A DNA stretch of 64,000 nucleotides. It comes from Candidatus Staskawiczbacteria bacterium RIFOXYB1_FULL_37_44 (GTDB taxonomy: Bacteria; Patescibacteriota; Minisyncoccia; Minisyncoccales; Staskawiczbacteraceae). The DNA is taken from positions 7,186 through 71,185 of the forward strand of contig MHPJ01000015.1 in the NCBI GenBank assembly GCA_001822065.1, given 5' to 3'. Position numbers and translations under genes: made by a program. The stretch's first letter is position 1; each line of letters opens with the position of its first letter. Under the pieces are notes generated by a model. That model made no database searches and had not been told where the DNA came from. It saw nothing but the letters and a program-made list of their open reading frames with translations. Of the stretch, positions 16,380 through 25,422 are shown one piece after another.

Positions 16380-17984
16380 CTGTGAACGAACAGAGTCTAA
16401 AAGCTCTGTTTTGTTCGTAAAATGGCCTGTTTTTGTTGGTTCTAACCTTAAATAAGCCCGTTCCAATGCGGGATAGTTATTTATGATTGGTTGAAACCAC
16501 TCATTTGGTTCAATTACCAGTTTTCCCTCTTGGATAACTGGCCTTTGGCCTAAGGTCATCAGTATTTCCTTTTTCAGTTCTAACCCTCCTTGCTCAAACC
16601 TTATTCTGGCGTAAGTTGCGAAAGTAAAGGTCTTTTCTGTGAGTTCCAGCCATCTTTCTGCTCGGCTCTCGGTTTCATTCACTTTTTGTCTAAGTTGGGC
16701 AATTTTAGCTTTTAAGTTATTTTTTTCTTTAAGAAAAGTTTCGTCATCAATCAAAAGGCGATACCTCATTTTGGTTAATTCATCTAATTCGGTTTGCGCT
16801 TGGGCTAATGCTTTCTGTTGCGTTTCATAAATTTTGCTCCTGTCCTCAATTTCCGTATCATTCTTTTCGTTTAAGTCCTCTAATGCCCAATTTAGAAATT
16901 CTGGGAGTATGGTGTATTTACCAAGCTCATTATCAATTTGCTCCTCTAAATTTTGTTTGGTTAAAACTTTTTTTTGCGAACACTTAATATCTTTACTTCT
17001 TCTGGTGCAATAATAATATGTGAAGGTTTTTATTTTGCCAGTGCCTTTTATAAGTTTTTCTTTTTCAATTGCAGTAAAGAAACATCCGCACTCTGAACAG
17101 CGGAGAGAACCAGTAAAAGCAAAGTGATGTTTTCGTTGTCTTGGTTTTCCTTTTCTCCCAAGAAGCATCTGAACTCTGTCATATTCGTCAAGAGTTATCA
17201 TTTTTGGGTGTTTGCCTTCGTATTGCATCCTTACTTTTCCATATTCAAAAAAACCAGTATAAAAAATGTTGTTAAACATTTTATAAATTCCCGTTCTTGA
17301 TAACGGAACTCCACCAGTCCTTTTTGTCTTTCTTGTTCTATACCCCCATTGATTATTTGCGATGTCTAAAATTTGTGGCGGGGTATAGTTGCCCGTAAGC
17401 ATTAAGTCCCACATTTTTCTAACTAACGGAAATCTTTCGGGGTCTATTGAAATGTCATTATCGCCCCTATCTTTAATTTTGCTGTTTAGATAACCTTGTG
17501 GCGCAGTAGTCGGCAACCATCCTTTTGCCAGTTTGCTATCAATGCCCCTTTTAACGCTTTTTCTCAAATCCAAAATAAACTGGTTGGCCGAGCCAGTTTC
17601 AACATTAAAGAGAATTACATTGTCGTCTGGGAGATATTGCCTGTCTATCGTCTGAATTGATTTAATAAGTCCTTGTTGCAACATCCAGCTTAATTTACCG
17701 CTATCAATAGGGTTTCGGGATAGTCTATTTATCTGCCAACATAGAATACCGTTTGCTTCACCGTTTTCAATTCGCCTGAGCATTTCGTCAAAAAGTGGAC
17801 GGTTGTTTGGTTTTTTGGCAGACTTTGACTCTGTATATGTTTTTTTGATGGTTATATTCAAATCTCCCGCAAGTTGCCTTAACCTGTTAAGCTGGTCATC
17901 AATTGATTGAATTTGTCTATCCTCGCTTTCAGAAGATTTACGAGCATAGAGAAAATATGTAAGTTTATTGTTTTCTTTTTCCAT
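16338..17984 (-). CDS. Large serine recombinase/integrase no. 1
   Basis: 548-aa ORF. N-terminal YARKSSESEDRQ..SIDDQ resolvase catalytic domain, a Cys4 zinc-ribbon recombinase domain (CSECG...YYYCTRR) and a coiled-coil region. The last 14 codons and the stop read through the antisense strand of tRNA-Asp. Confidence 0.9.
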   Translation of the reverse strand: MEKENNKLTYFLYARKSSESEDRQIQSIDDQLNRLRQLAGDLNITIKKTYTESKSAKKPNNRPLFDEMLRRIENGEANGILCWQINRLSRNPIDSGKLSWMLQQGLIKSIQTIDRQYLPDDNVILFNVETGSANQFILDLRKSVKRGIDSKLAKGWLPTTAPQGYLNSKIKDRGDNDISIDPERFPLVRKMWDLMLTGNYTPPQILDIANNQWGYRTRKTKRTGGVPLSRTGIYKMFNNIFYTGFFEYGKVRMQYEGKHPKMITLDEYDRVQMLLGRKGKPRQRKHHFAFTGSLRCSECGCFFTAIEKEKLIKGTGKIKTFTYYYCTRRSKDIKCSQKKVLTKQNLEEQIDNELGKYTILPEFLNWALEDLNEKNDTEIEDRSKIYETQQKALAQAQTELDELTKMRYRLLIDDETFLKEKNNLKAKIAQLRQKVNETESRAERWLELTEKTFTFATYARIRFEQGGLELKKEILMTLGQRPVIQEGKLVIEPNEWFQPIINNYPALERAYLRLEPTKTGHFTNKTELLDSVRSQWRGQGDLNPRSPP

Positions 17985-17987
17985 ACA

Positions 17988-18058
17988 CCTTAAAGGGACA
18001 TCTGGTCGCCCAACTCGTTATCCCGAAGGATGCGTTATTGGCAGATGCCCCTTTAAGG
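17988..18058 (-). promoter_or_regulatory. Inverted repeat in the leader of recombinase no. 1
   Basis: ccttaaagggacatctg (17988-18004) and cagatgcccctttaagg (18042-18058). 17-nt arms with one mismatch, starting 4 nt upstream of the start codon. Confidence 0.35.
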
Positions 18059-18121
18059 CAACAACGCAACCATAAAAAAATTCGGGACAATAATAAGTTA
18101 GGCGACAATTTAATTATAACG

Positions 18122-19252
18122 CTAATTTTTAATAAGGCAAGTGTCATCTGGCTTCATAATTTTGAAATCAACTAATTGCGTTCTGCAATCGTCAAAAACT
18201 TGTTTTAATGTGAAAGACGGTAGGGAGTATTTACTTATCAATTCTTTTATTTTTTCATCGGCCTTAGCTCGTTGTTGTCTTGTGTAAAATTCGTCTGATA
18301 TGAGCTTTAACTGCTGTGAGCCTGCTTGTTGTGTGGCCAAGCACCTGCCGAGCCAAGTATATGCGTTTTCAAGGGGCATATTGGCTTGCTTGGTTCTCTT
18401 GAAAAATTCGTGTATTGGGAGCAGGGGCGTATCCATTGCCCTAATGTTTAATGTGTTATTGATTTTATCAAAACTTTCTAAAAGTATGTCTTGGCATAGT
18501 TTGTCGTTGAACACTTCTGCAAAGTGTCTTTCCTGTCCGTAAGTGCCACCAATCCTTGTTTTAAGATGCCTTTTGAGGGTATATCTGTTTTGGTAGGTTA
18601 TTTCCATACGAATTATCTTGTCTGGGAGTTGGCCGTGTTTTAATTTAATGGCTATGTCTTTTTCTGTCCTATTCTTGGCATTAGCTATTATTTCAGCTCC
18701 CTTATCATACATTTTCCAGCTAACTTGTTTGTTATAAATTCTACCACAGAAACCGAACCTGTCGCTTTCTGTGTAAAATGTATCTTTTCTTTTGTTATAA
18801 TTCTTACCTATATCTAAAAAGGGTATGACTTTAAGATATTCAATAGGGTAGCCATAGTTTTGCGAGAGTATAAAGTTAAACGAAAAAGCTATGTTTTTGA
18901 TGTTGGCGTAATCCAGCATTTCTTTTTTGATTGGCGACCCCCTAAAAATATAGCAGAGTTTATCATAAAGAGCGTCCGTAAACAGATTTTTATCAGTTTG
19001 GCTAATGCCGTAATAATTGGTGTTGTGCAGTATTTTGGGAGCTGAAAATTCTATGTCTGTGCTTACTGTGTATAATCCTGATTGTCCTTCGGCCTTTTTT
19101 ACGGTAATTCTTGGCAGATAAGCGCCGAGCGAGGAGTCTGGGTTGAAGATATACTTTATCCTACCTTCGCTTCGGCTTGCCTTAAAAAATTGTAAGTTTT
19201 TGTCGGGAATATCTAACCTTTCTATCTGCAAAGTGAGAGTGTCTATCATCAT
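18122..19252 (-). CDS. Putative replication initiator (Rep_trans/phage CRI-like)
   Basis: 376-aa ORF. GRIYNKQVSWKMYDKGAE and IIRMEITYQNR segments resemble rolling-circle Rep_trans family motifs recalled from memory; not verified. Confidence 0.4.
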   Translation of the reverse strand: MMIDTLTLQIERLDIPDKNLQFFKASRSEGRIKYIFNPDSSLGAYLPRITVKKAEGQSGLYTVSTDIEFSAPKILHNTNYYGISQTDKNLFTDALYDKLCYIFRGSPIKKEMLDYANIKNIAFSFNFILSQNYGYPIEYLKVIPFLDIGKNYNKRKDTFYTESDRFGFCGRIYNKQVSWKMYDKGAEIIANAKNRTEKDIAIKLKHGQLPDKIIRMEITYQNRYTLKRHLKTRIGGTYGQERHFAEVFNDKLCQDILLESFDKINNTLNIRAMDTPLLPIHEFFKRTKQANMPLENAYTWLGRCLATQQAGSQQLKLISDEFYTRQQRAKADEKIKELISKYSLPSFTLKQVFDDCRTQLVDFKIMKPDDTCLIKN

Positions 19253-19260
19253 AAGCAGAA

Positions 19261-19485
19261 TTACTTGGTTGTAGTATTACTCCCTTGCTTGGAAGACGGC
19301 TCATCGGCTTTGTTTAGGCGCTTTTGCAATTCTTGGTATTCTTTTTCAGTAATTGGCCTGTAAACCAACTGAACCATACGAACCAGCTTAGCGCCTTTTT
19401 CATAAGCGTCTTCTTTACTTAACTCTTTGCCAAAATGCTTTTTATAAAGAGCTTGAAATTTTGCTATCCTTTCTTCAGACAACAT
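19261..19485 (-). CDS. Hypothetical small protein (74 aa)
   Basis: ORF packed tightly between neighbouring same-strand ORFs. No recognisable motif. Confidence 0.45.
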   Translation of the reverse strand: MLSEERIAKFQALYKKHFGKELSKEDAYEKGAKLVRMVQLVYRPITEKEYQELQKRLNKADEPSSKQGSNTTTK

Positions 19486-19489
19486 ATGA

Positions 19490-19777
19490 TTAGTTGCTGT
19501 AAATGCGGTTTTTTAACATCTTTATATTGTCAAAGAACGCACGAGCTTTTATTTCAAGTTTATTAGCCCAGTAATCGTTAACGACCTTTTCTATGCCAGC
19601 CCCAAGATAGAATGAGAATTTAATCTTACGAGGATTAGTCCTGTCTAATGAAAAAAGTTCAAACCCAGCCGTAATTAGCGAAGCAGATACGCCCAAATCA
19701 TAAGTGCTTAAGAACCCATTGTCTGAGGTAGCGTTTTTATTTTTAGGTAATTGATTTTTTGATAATTTTTTGGTCAT
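19490..19777 (-). CDS. Hypothetical protein (95 aa), DUF5659-like
   Basis: The pattern YDLGVSASLITAGFELFSLDRTNPRKIKFSF resembles small phage/mobile-element proteins. Low certainty. Confidence 0.45.
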   Translation of the reverse strand: MTKKLSKNQLPKNKNATSDNGFLSTYDLGVSASLITAGFELFSLDRTNPRKIKFSFYLGAGIEKVVNDYWANKLEIKARAFFDNIKMLKNRIYSN

Positions 19778-20086
19778 ATAATTTATGTTAAAATTTCAAA
19801 AAACCAGACAAAAAAACCAACAGTTATTTACTGCTGGTTTTATATTGTGAGCTTATGTGGAAATGAAAAAGCCAAAACAACAAATACCAGTCTATTAAAC
19901 AAACTGTTATTCATTGTCTTGGCTTCTTAGCTACCCATAGAACGGGTAGATTACCTAAAAAATCTTGAACAAGGCTCGCATTATGTCAGACCCATAAAAG
20001 GGGTAAGCCCATAAATTGATGCAAATTTTTGATTGATTTTAAGAACTTTACCTTATTATACTTTATTTAACTGCGCTATGTCAAGT

Positions 20087-21088
20087 TTATTTAACGGGAG
20101 TGAAACCAAAACGATTTTTTATTTTTTGTTTTTTTCTCTTTTCTAACTCCTTTTTAATTTCGCTGAGGGGTAATTTTTTTGTAGTCATAAATTTTATTTT
20201 TCCATTTTTATCTATGCTGAAGTAGTTTCTTTTTCGGCATTTATAGCACACTCTAAATTTACGGACACGAAAATCATTTAGATAGTCAGATATTTGTTTT
20301 TCTTCAGTGAGGTTTTCTTGTAGGAAGTGTCCACAACTTGCGCATCGCCAATCTGTATCATTATTTTTTTGCAGAAATAAACTAATCCTTTTTTGCAACG
20401 ATGTATTGGTTAGTTTCCTTATTTCTTCTTCTAATTTTTTAATGGGGTCTGCGATTATTACGAAACTTTTTGGCACTGCCGATACGCCCATTATTTGCGG
20501 TCTTGGCAGGTCTTTCCATTCAACATCTGGCTCATCGTCATAAAGTATTTTTATATTGCCAGAATAATCTGCTATCCAAGAAGCAACATCTAAATACTTA
20601 TTATCTAAATCGGAAAACTCAATCATTCTTTTTGGAAGGAAAACCTGAAAAGAGGCGAGTGCTTCAAGAACATAATTTAGTTCCTTTTTCTTTTTATATT
20701 CTTGGGGTATTTTATACAGTTTATCTTTTGCGATTTCTATAAATTCAATTAGCTTGTTTTTTGTCAGATAAAGTTCAATAAAATCGTGTGAAGAATAGTC
20801 ATATTTATCTTCTTCATTTATAAATTTGATTGCGCCCCTGTATTCAAGCCTCATCAAGGACTCTATCAAACTACTGTCTGATAAATCATAAATATCTTCT
20901 TTCCCTGATTTTAGTATTTCAGAAACATCTGCCCCATCTAATTTTATGTAATTATTGCTCAAAAGTATGTTTGGCTTTTCAGTGATAATTTTTAACAGCT
21001 TTTCTGCCACAAAAAGGTTTTGATTTTCAATCGCTTTTTTTTGCATATCAATATAATTTTTATTGTAATTTTGCCTTATTTTTAACAT
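20087..21088 (-). CDS. Hypothetical protein with C-terminal zinc ribbon
   Basis: 333-aa ORF. WRCASCGHF...VCYKCRKRNYF Cys4 motif near the C-terminus. No other recognisable domain. Confidence 0.55.
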   Translation of the reverse strand: MLKIRQNYNKNYIDMQKKAIENQNLFVAEKLLKIITEKPNILLSNNYIKLDGADVSEILKSGKEDIYDLSDSSLIESLMRLEYRGAIKFINEEDKYDYSSHDFIELYLTKNKLIEFIEIAKDKLYKIPQEYKKKKELNYVLEALASFQVFLPKRMIEFSDLDNKYLDVASWIADYSGNIKILYDDEPDVEWKDLPRPQIMGVSAVPKSFVIIADPIKKLEEEIRKLTNTSLQKRISLFLQKNNDTDWRCASCGHFLQENLTEEKQISDYLNDFRVRKFRVCYKCRKRNYFSIDKNGKIKFMTTKKLPLSEIKKELEKRKKQKIKNRFGFTPVK

Positions 21089-21221
21089 ATTTAGGCCACT
21101 TTTTCAATTATGGCTTTAAGTTGCGGACTTTATCTTTTTTTAATTTTAAGATAGTATAAATATAACAATTTAATAATGAGCCTAACCCTTATGAGTTCTG
21201 AAATTTATAAGGTATGGCACA

Positions 21222-21359
21222 AAAACGGTTCAGGCCATTAAGCTCTCAGTCAGAGCACCTGAACCATCATATTCCGAAAGGTATATGGGTGTCGCAAGAC
21301 ATCGCTGGCTGGGAGCTTTATGTTTCCAGCGAGCGAAGGCATAAATAAAACGGTTCAGG
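21222..21359 (+). promoter_or_regulatory. Structured leader of the type III mod gene with three mutually complementary 8-13 nt elements
   Basis: aaaacggttcagg at 21222-21234 and again at 21347-21359 (abutting the ATG at 21361). Complementary cctgaacc at 21258-21265. Nested hairpins gctct-cagtc-agagc, a GCAA-loop stem, and cgctgg...ccagcg. Confidence 0.4.
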
Positions 21360-21360
21360 T

Positions 21361-23028
21361 ATGCCAAATGAAAAAGAACTTCTTGAAGAAGTTAAATTTC
21401 TTAAAGAAGAAATAAAGAAAATAAAACCTAAAAAATACGGCCTTCTTTGGGAAACCAAAGACGAGGATGTTGTTTTGCAGTGCAAGGAAGAATTACCAGT
21501 TTTGATAGAAGATGACAAGAAGGAAATAAAAACAGATAAAAGCAAGCCCGTAAACATTCTAATTGAAGGAGATAATTATCACGCTCTTTCTGTTTTGAAT
21601 TACACTCATCAAGGAAAAATTGATGTCGTTTACATTGACCCGCCATATAATACTGGCGCAAAAGACTGGAAATATAATAATCATTTTGTTGATAATCTTG
21701 ATACCTATCGGCACAGTAAATGGATTTCAATGATGAACAGCCGTATTCGTTTAGCAAAGAAATTATTACAAAATACAGGGATTTTTATCTGTGCCGTAGA
21801 CCATTATGAACTTTTTAATTTAGGCCTGCTTTGTGATGAAATTTTTGGAGAAGAAAACAGATTGGGAGTAATTACAGTTGTCCATAAGCCAGAAGGAAGA
21901 CAGTTTGCAAATTTTTTTAGTCCTTCAAACGAGTTTATGCTGGTATATGCTAAAAATAAAAATTTAGCTAAATTTCAGGATGTTGTTTTAAGCGAGGGAA
22001 AATTAGAAGAATTTAACGAAGAAGATGAAAAAGGAAAATTCAAACTGCAAAATTTTATAAGGTTGACTGATGGAAAATATAGTTTAAGAAAAAATAAGCC
22101 CGCAGGATTTTATCCAATTTATGTAAGTAGTGATTTGATGAAATTTAGTCTTGAGAAAAAGGCCAACTATGAGGAGGCCTTACCAATAACAAATAAGGGG
22201 ATAGAGAGAGTATGGAAAACTTTTGGAGATACTTTTATGGAAAAGGTTGAAGATGGAGTTATTGTCGCAAAAAGAGAAAATGGAAAGTTAGTTTTATATG
22301 AAAAATTAAGGCCGAGCCAAGTATTGACGACTCATTGGATTGATAAAAAATATCACGGCTATCACTATGGCACGAAACTTTTAGAAGAAATTCTTGGAGA
22401 AAAAGTATTTGATTTTCCAAAATCGCTATATTTACTAATTGATATACTTAAAATTACGACCAACGAAAAAGCCATTATATTAGATTTTTTTGCTGGTTCA
22501 GGCACTACTGGACACGCAGTTTTGGAATTGAATAAAGCCGATGGTGGTAATCGGCAGGTAATTTTATGCACGAATAATGAAAACAAAATCGCAGAAAATG
22601 TTTGCTATCCAAGAATGAAGAAAGTTATTGATGGTTATTCATCTAACAAAGGGTTGGGCGGAAACTTAAAATACTACAAAACTGATTTCGTTGATGCTGA
22701 ACCAACAGACATAAATAAGAAAAAACTTGTTGATAAGTCAACAGAAATGTTGTGTCTTAAAGATGACTGTTTTAATGAAATAAAAAGAACTAAAACTTAT
22801 AGCATTTTTACCAATAATTGGGGCAAAAATTTAGGCATTATCTACGATGATGCTGGCATAGCTCCCTTCAAAAAAGAGGTGGAAAAGATAAACAAAAAAT
22901 TTATTGTTTATGTTTTTTCTTTAGATGAAAGCGCAAGAGAAGAAGAATTTGAAGATATAAAAAAGTTGGTTGAATTAAAGCCAATCCCAGCAGTTATTCT
23001 TAATGTGTATAAGCGTATATTCAAATGA
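21361..23028 (+). CDS. mod: Type III restriction-modification methyltransferase (Mod)
   Basis: 555-aa ORF. Motif IV VVYIDPPYNTG before motif I LDFFAGSGTTGHAV (beta-class) with a central variable region. Overlaps the downstream res gene by 4 nt. Confidence 0.9.
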   Translation: MPNEKELLEEVKFLKEEIKKIKPKKYGLLWETKDEDVVLQCKEELPVLIEDDKKEIKTDKSKPVNILIEGDNYHALSVLNYTHQGKIDVVYIDPPYNTGAKDWKYNNHFVDNLDTYRHSKWISMMNSRIRLAKKLLQNTGIFICAVDHYELFNLGLLCDEIFGEENRLGVITVVHKPEGRQFANFFSPSNEFMLVYAKNKNLAKFQDVVLSEGKLEEFNEEDEKGKFKLQNFIRLTDGKYSLRKNKPAGFYPIYVSSDLMKFSLEKKANYEEALPITNKGIERVWKTFGDTFMEKVEDGVIVAKRENGKLVLYEKLRPSQVLTTHWIDKKYHGYHYGTKLLEEILGEKVFDFPKSLYLLIDILKITTNEKAIILDFFAGSGTTGHAVLELNKADGGNRQVILCTNNENKIAENVCYPRMKKVIDGYSSNKGLGGNLKYYKTDFVDAEPTDINKKKLVDKSTEMLCLKDDCFNEIKRTKTYSIFTNNWGKNLGIIYDDAGIAPFKKEVEKINKKFIVYVFSLDESAREEEFEDIKKLVELKPIPAVILNVYKRIFK

Positions 23029-25211
23029 TTGAGCTAAAAGATTACCAAAAAAAAGCAGTAGAAAATCTGCATAGAAAAATAGAAAACTCTTTAAGGTCTT
23101 CTGATAATGAAGTAGTTATTTTTCAAGCCCCAACTGGTTCTGGTAAAACAGTGATGGTTTCTGAATTACTTAAGGAGCTTATTTCGGGCAGAGAAGACGA
23201 CAAAAAGTTTTCTTTTGTTTGGGTTTCCGTAAGGATGTTGCACGAACAAAGCAAAGAGAAATTAGAAGTTTATTATGAAGACAACAGGTCTTTGAAATGC
23301 TCATATTTTGAAGATTTGGAAGACAAAAAAATAGGCGAGAACGAAATCCTATTTATAAATTGGCACAGCATAAACAAAAAAGACATCAACCTTTTTGTAA
23401 GAGATAATGAGCAGGATAATAACTTAAATTCAATAATAAAAAATACAAAGGATGATAATAGAACCATTATTTTAATTATTGACGAAAGTCATCACACAGC
23501 AAACTCGGAAAAATCAAAAGAACTTATTGAAATAATTAGTCCAAAAATAACATTAGAGGTTTCTGCTACCCCGCATTTAACCGAAAACATAGCCGAGATA
23601 GAAAAAGTCCGCTTGTTTGATGTTAAGGCAGAAGAAATGATTAAATCTGAAATTTCTGTAAACCCAGAATTTCTTGATGCTAAAATCGGCACTAAAAGCT
23701 CGGACGAGGTTGTTATTGAGGAGGCCTTAAAAAAAAGAGAGGAGCTGGCCAAAATGTATAAAAAAGAAGGTTCAAAAATAAATCCTTTGATGCTTATTCA
23801 GCTACCAGATAATAAAGCTGGCCTGATTAGTAAGCAGGAAGGAGTCATCAAAATTTTAGGAAAAAAGAGAATAACAGAAAAAAACGGTAAGCTGGCTATC
23901 TGGTTGTCAGAAGAGAAATCAGACACCCTGCCCGATATAGAAAAAAATAATAGCGATGTTGAAGTCTTAATTTTCAAACAGGCCATTGCTCTTGGCTGGG
24001 ATTGCCCCAGAGCTTCAATTTTAGTAATTTTTAGGGAGTCTAAAAGTTTTACCTTTACAATACAGACTATTGGTAGAATAATGAGGATGCCCGAATTAAA
24101 ATACTATTCAAAAGAACCAGACCTGAATAATGGTTTCGTTTTTACTAATCTTCCGAGCATTGAGATAACCGAAGAATATGCTAAAGACTACATCACTATT
24201 TATGAGGCAAAAAGAGATAACAAAATTTATAAAGATATTTCTTTGCCATCCATCTATTTGAAAAGGCAAAGAGAAAGAACTCGTTTGTCGGGAGAATTTC
24301 TAAAACTTTTCTTGAAGGTTGCAGTAGAAAACGATTTGGCGCAGAAGGTTAATCTTAAACCAGTTAAGATAATAAGCCCAATAATAGCTGATGGCAAAAT
24401 TGTTGATATTGATAAGTTTGGAGAAATAGAACATAAGGGAACGATAAGCGTTGCGCTTAATGAAAAAGAACTACAAGAAAGGTTTGATAAATTCATTTTT
24501 CAAAACTGCACCCCCTATGCACCAGTTGATTCCAGCGACAGAATGAAAACTGCTTTATATCAATTTTTTAACCAAAAATTTAAGTTTGAAAAATACGACC
24601 CGAAAGTCCAAAGAATTGTTTTGGGGAAAGAAAATGTTCAGCTATTTGTAGATGCCATCAACTTGGCCAAAGAAAGATACAAAAAGGAAGTCATTGAAAA
24701 ATTAAGCGAGAAGAGGGAACTGCAAGAAACTCCCAGTTGGGAAGTGCCGATGTTTATTACCTATAACAGTAGATATAAGGCCGAGATACAGCCCCTTTCT
24801 GCCGTAAAACCCTTCTACACGGCCAAACCAAGCGAACCAGAGCGATTATTTATAGAGATGCTCAATGGTTCAAAGGAGATTAAATGGTGGTATAAAAATG
24901 GCGATACCGAGATAAAATACTTCGCCGTTTTGAGGGAAGATGATTTTGCTTTCTACCCAGACTTTATATTTCAGATGAAAGACGGCACTATTTGGATACT
25001 TGATACTAAGTCTGGCAGGACGGCTGAAACAAGTGATGCTAAGCCGAGAGCCGAAGCCTTACAAAAGTATATCAAGACTCAAAACAAAAAAGGTAAAAAT
25101 CTTATGGGAGGCATTGCGGTTTATGTGAATGGAACTTGGAGATACAACGATAACGAAAAATATGAATACGACCCGAACGACCTATCAAGCTGGAAAGTGC
25201 TTGGATTGTAA
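23025..25211 (+). CDS. res: Type III restriction enzyme Res subunit (SF2 helicase plus PD-(D/E)xK nuclease)
   Basis: 728-aa ORF. Walker A QAPTGSGKT, motif II IIDESHH, C-terminal nuclease-like FYPDFIFQMKDGTIWILDTKSG. Confidence 0.9.
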   Translation: MIELKDYQKKAVENLHRKIENSLRSSDNEVVIFQAPTGSGKTVMVSELLKELISGREDDKKFSFVWVSVRMLHEQSKEKLEVYYEDNRSLKCSYFEDLEDKKIGENEILFINWHSINKKDINLFVRDNEQDNNLNSIIKNTKDDNRTIILIIDESHHTANSEKSKELIEIISPKITLEVSATPHLTENIAEIEKVRLFDVKAEEMIKSEISVNPEFLDAKIGTKSSDEVVIEEALKKREELAKMYKKEGSKINPLMLIQLPDNKAGLISKQEGVIKILGKKRITEKNGKLAIWLSEEKSDTLPDIEKNNSDVEVLIFKQAIALGWDCPRASILVIFRESKSFTFTIQTIGRIMRMPELKYYSKEPDLNNGFVFTNLPSIEITEEYAKDYITIYEAKRDNKIYKDISLPSIYLKRQRERTRLSGEFLKLFLKVAVENDLAQKVNLKPVKIISPIIADGKIVDIDKFGEIEHKGTISVALNEKELQERFDKFIFQNCTPYAPVDSSDRMKTALYQFFNQKFKFEKYDPKVQRIVLGKENVQLFVDAINLAKERYKKEVIEKLSEKRELQETPSWEVPMFITYNSRYKAEIQPLSAVKPFYTAKPSEPERLFIEMLNGSKEIKWWYKNGDTEIKYFAVLREDDFAFYPDFIFQMKDGTIWILDTKSGRTAETSDAKPRAEALQKYIKTQNKKGKNLMGGIAVYVNGTWRYNDNEKYEYDPNDLSSWKVLGL

Positions 25212-25422
25212 GTTGAAAAAAGTTTAATAAAAAAGGGAGCAAACAAAAAGCTCTCTTTTTTCGTATAAATATAATAGGTAGTTAAATCGTTAATTTAATC
25301 TTCATATAATTAGGTTATTATTGTATATTACTGTATGATAAAGGAACTTGATTGTTTGGGGAAAATATGCTATTGACACTGTATCCATATTTTGAGAAAA
25401 TATACTAATCTAATATAACATT

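Noticed and set aside
16235-16420. Plus-strand ORF 16235-16420 (61 aa)
   Set aside because: It is a translation straight through tRNA(CAU) and tRNA-Asp.
21361-23028. Simple-sequence-repeat phase variation of the type III mod gene
   Set aside because: Type III mod genes are often phase-variable, but I saw no long homopolymer or tetra/penta-nucleotide tract in or just upstream of this gene.
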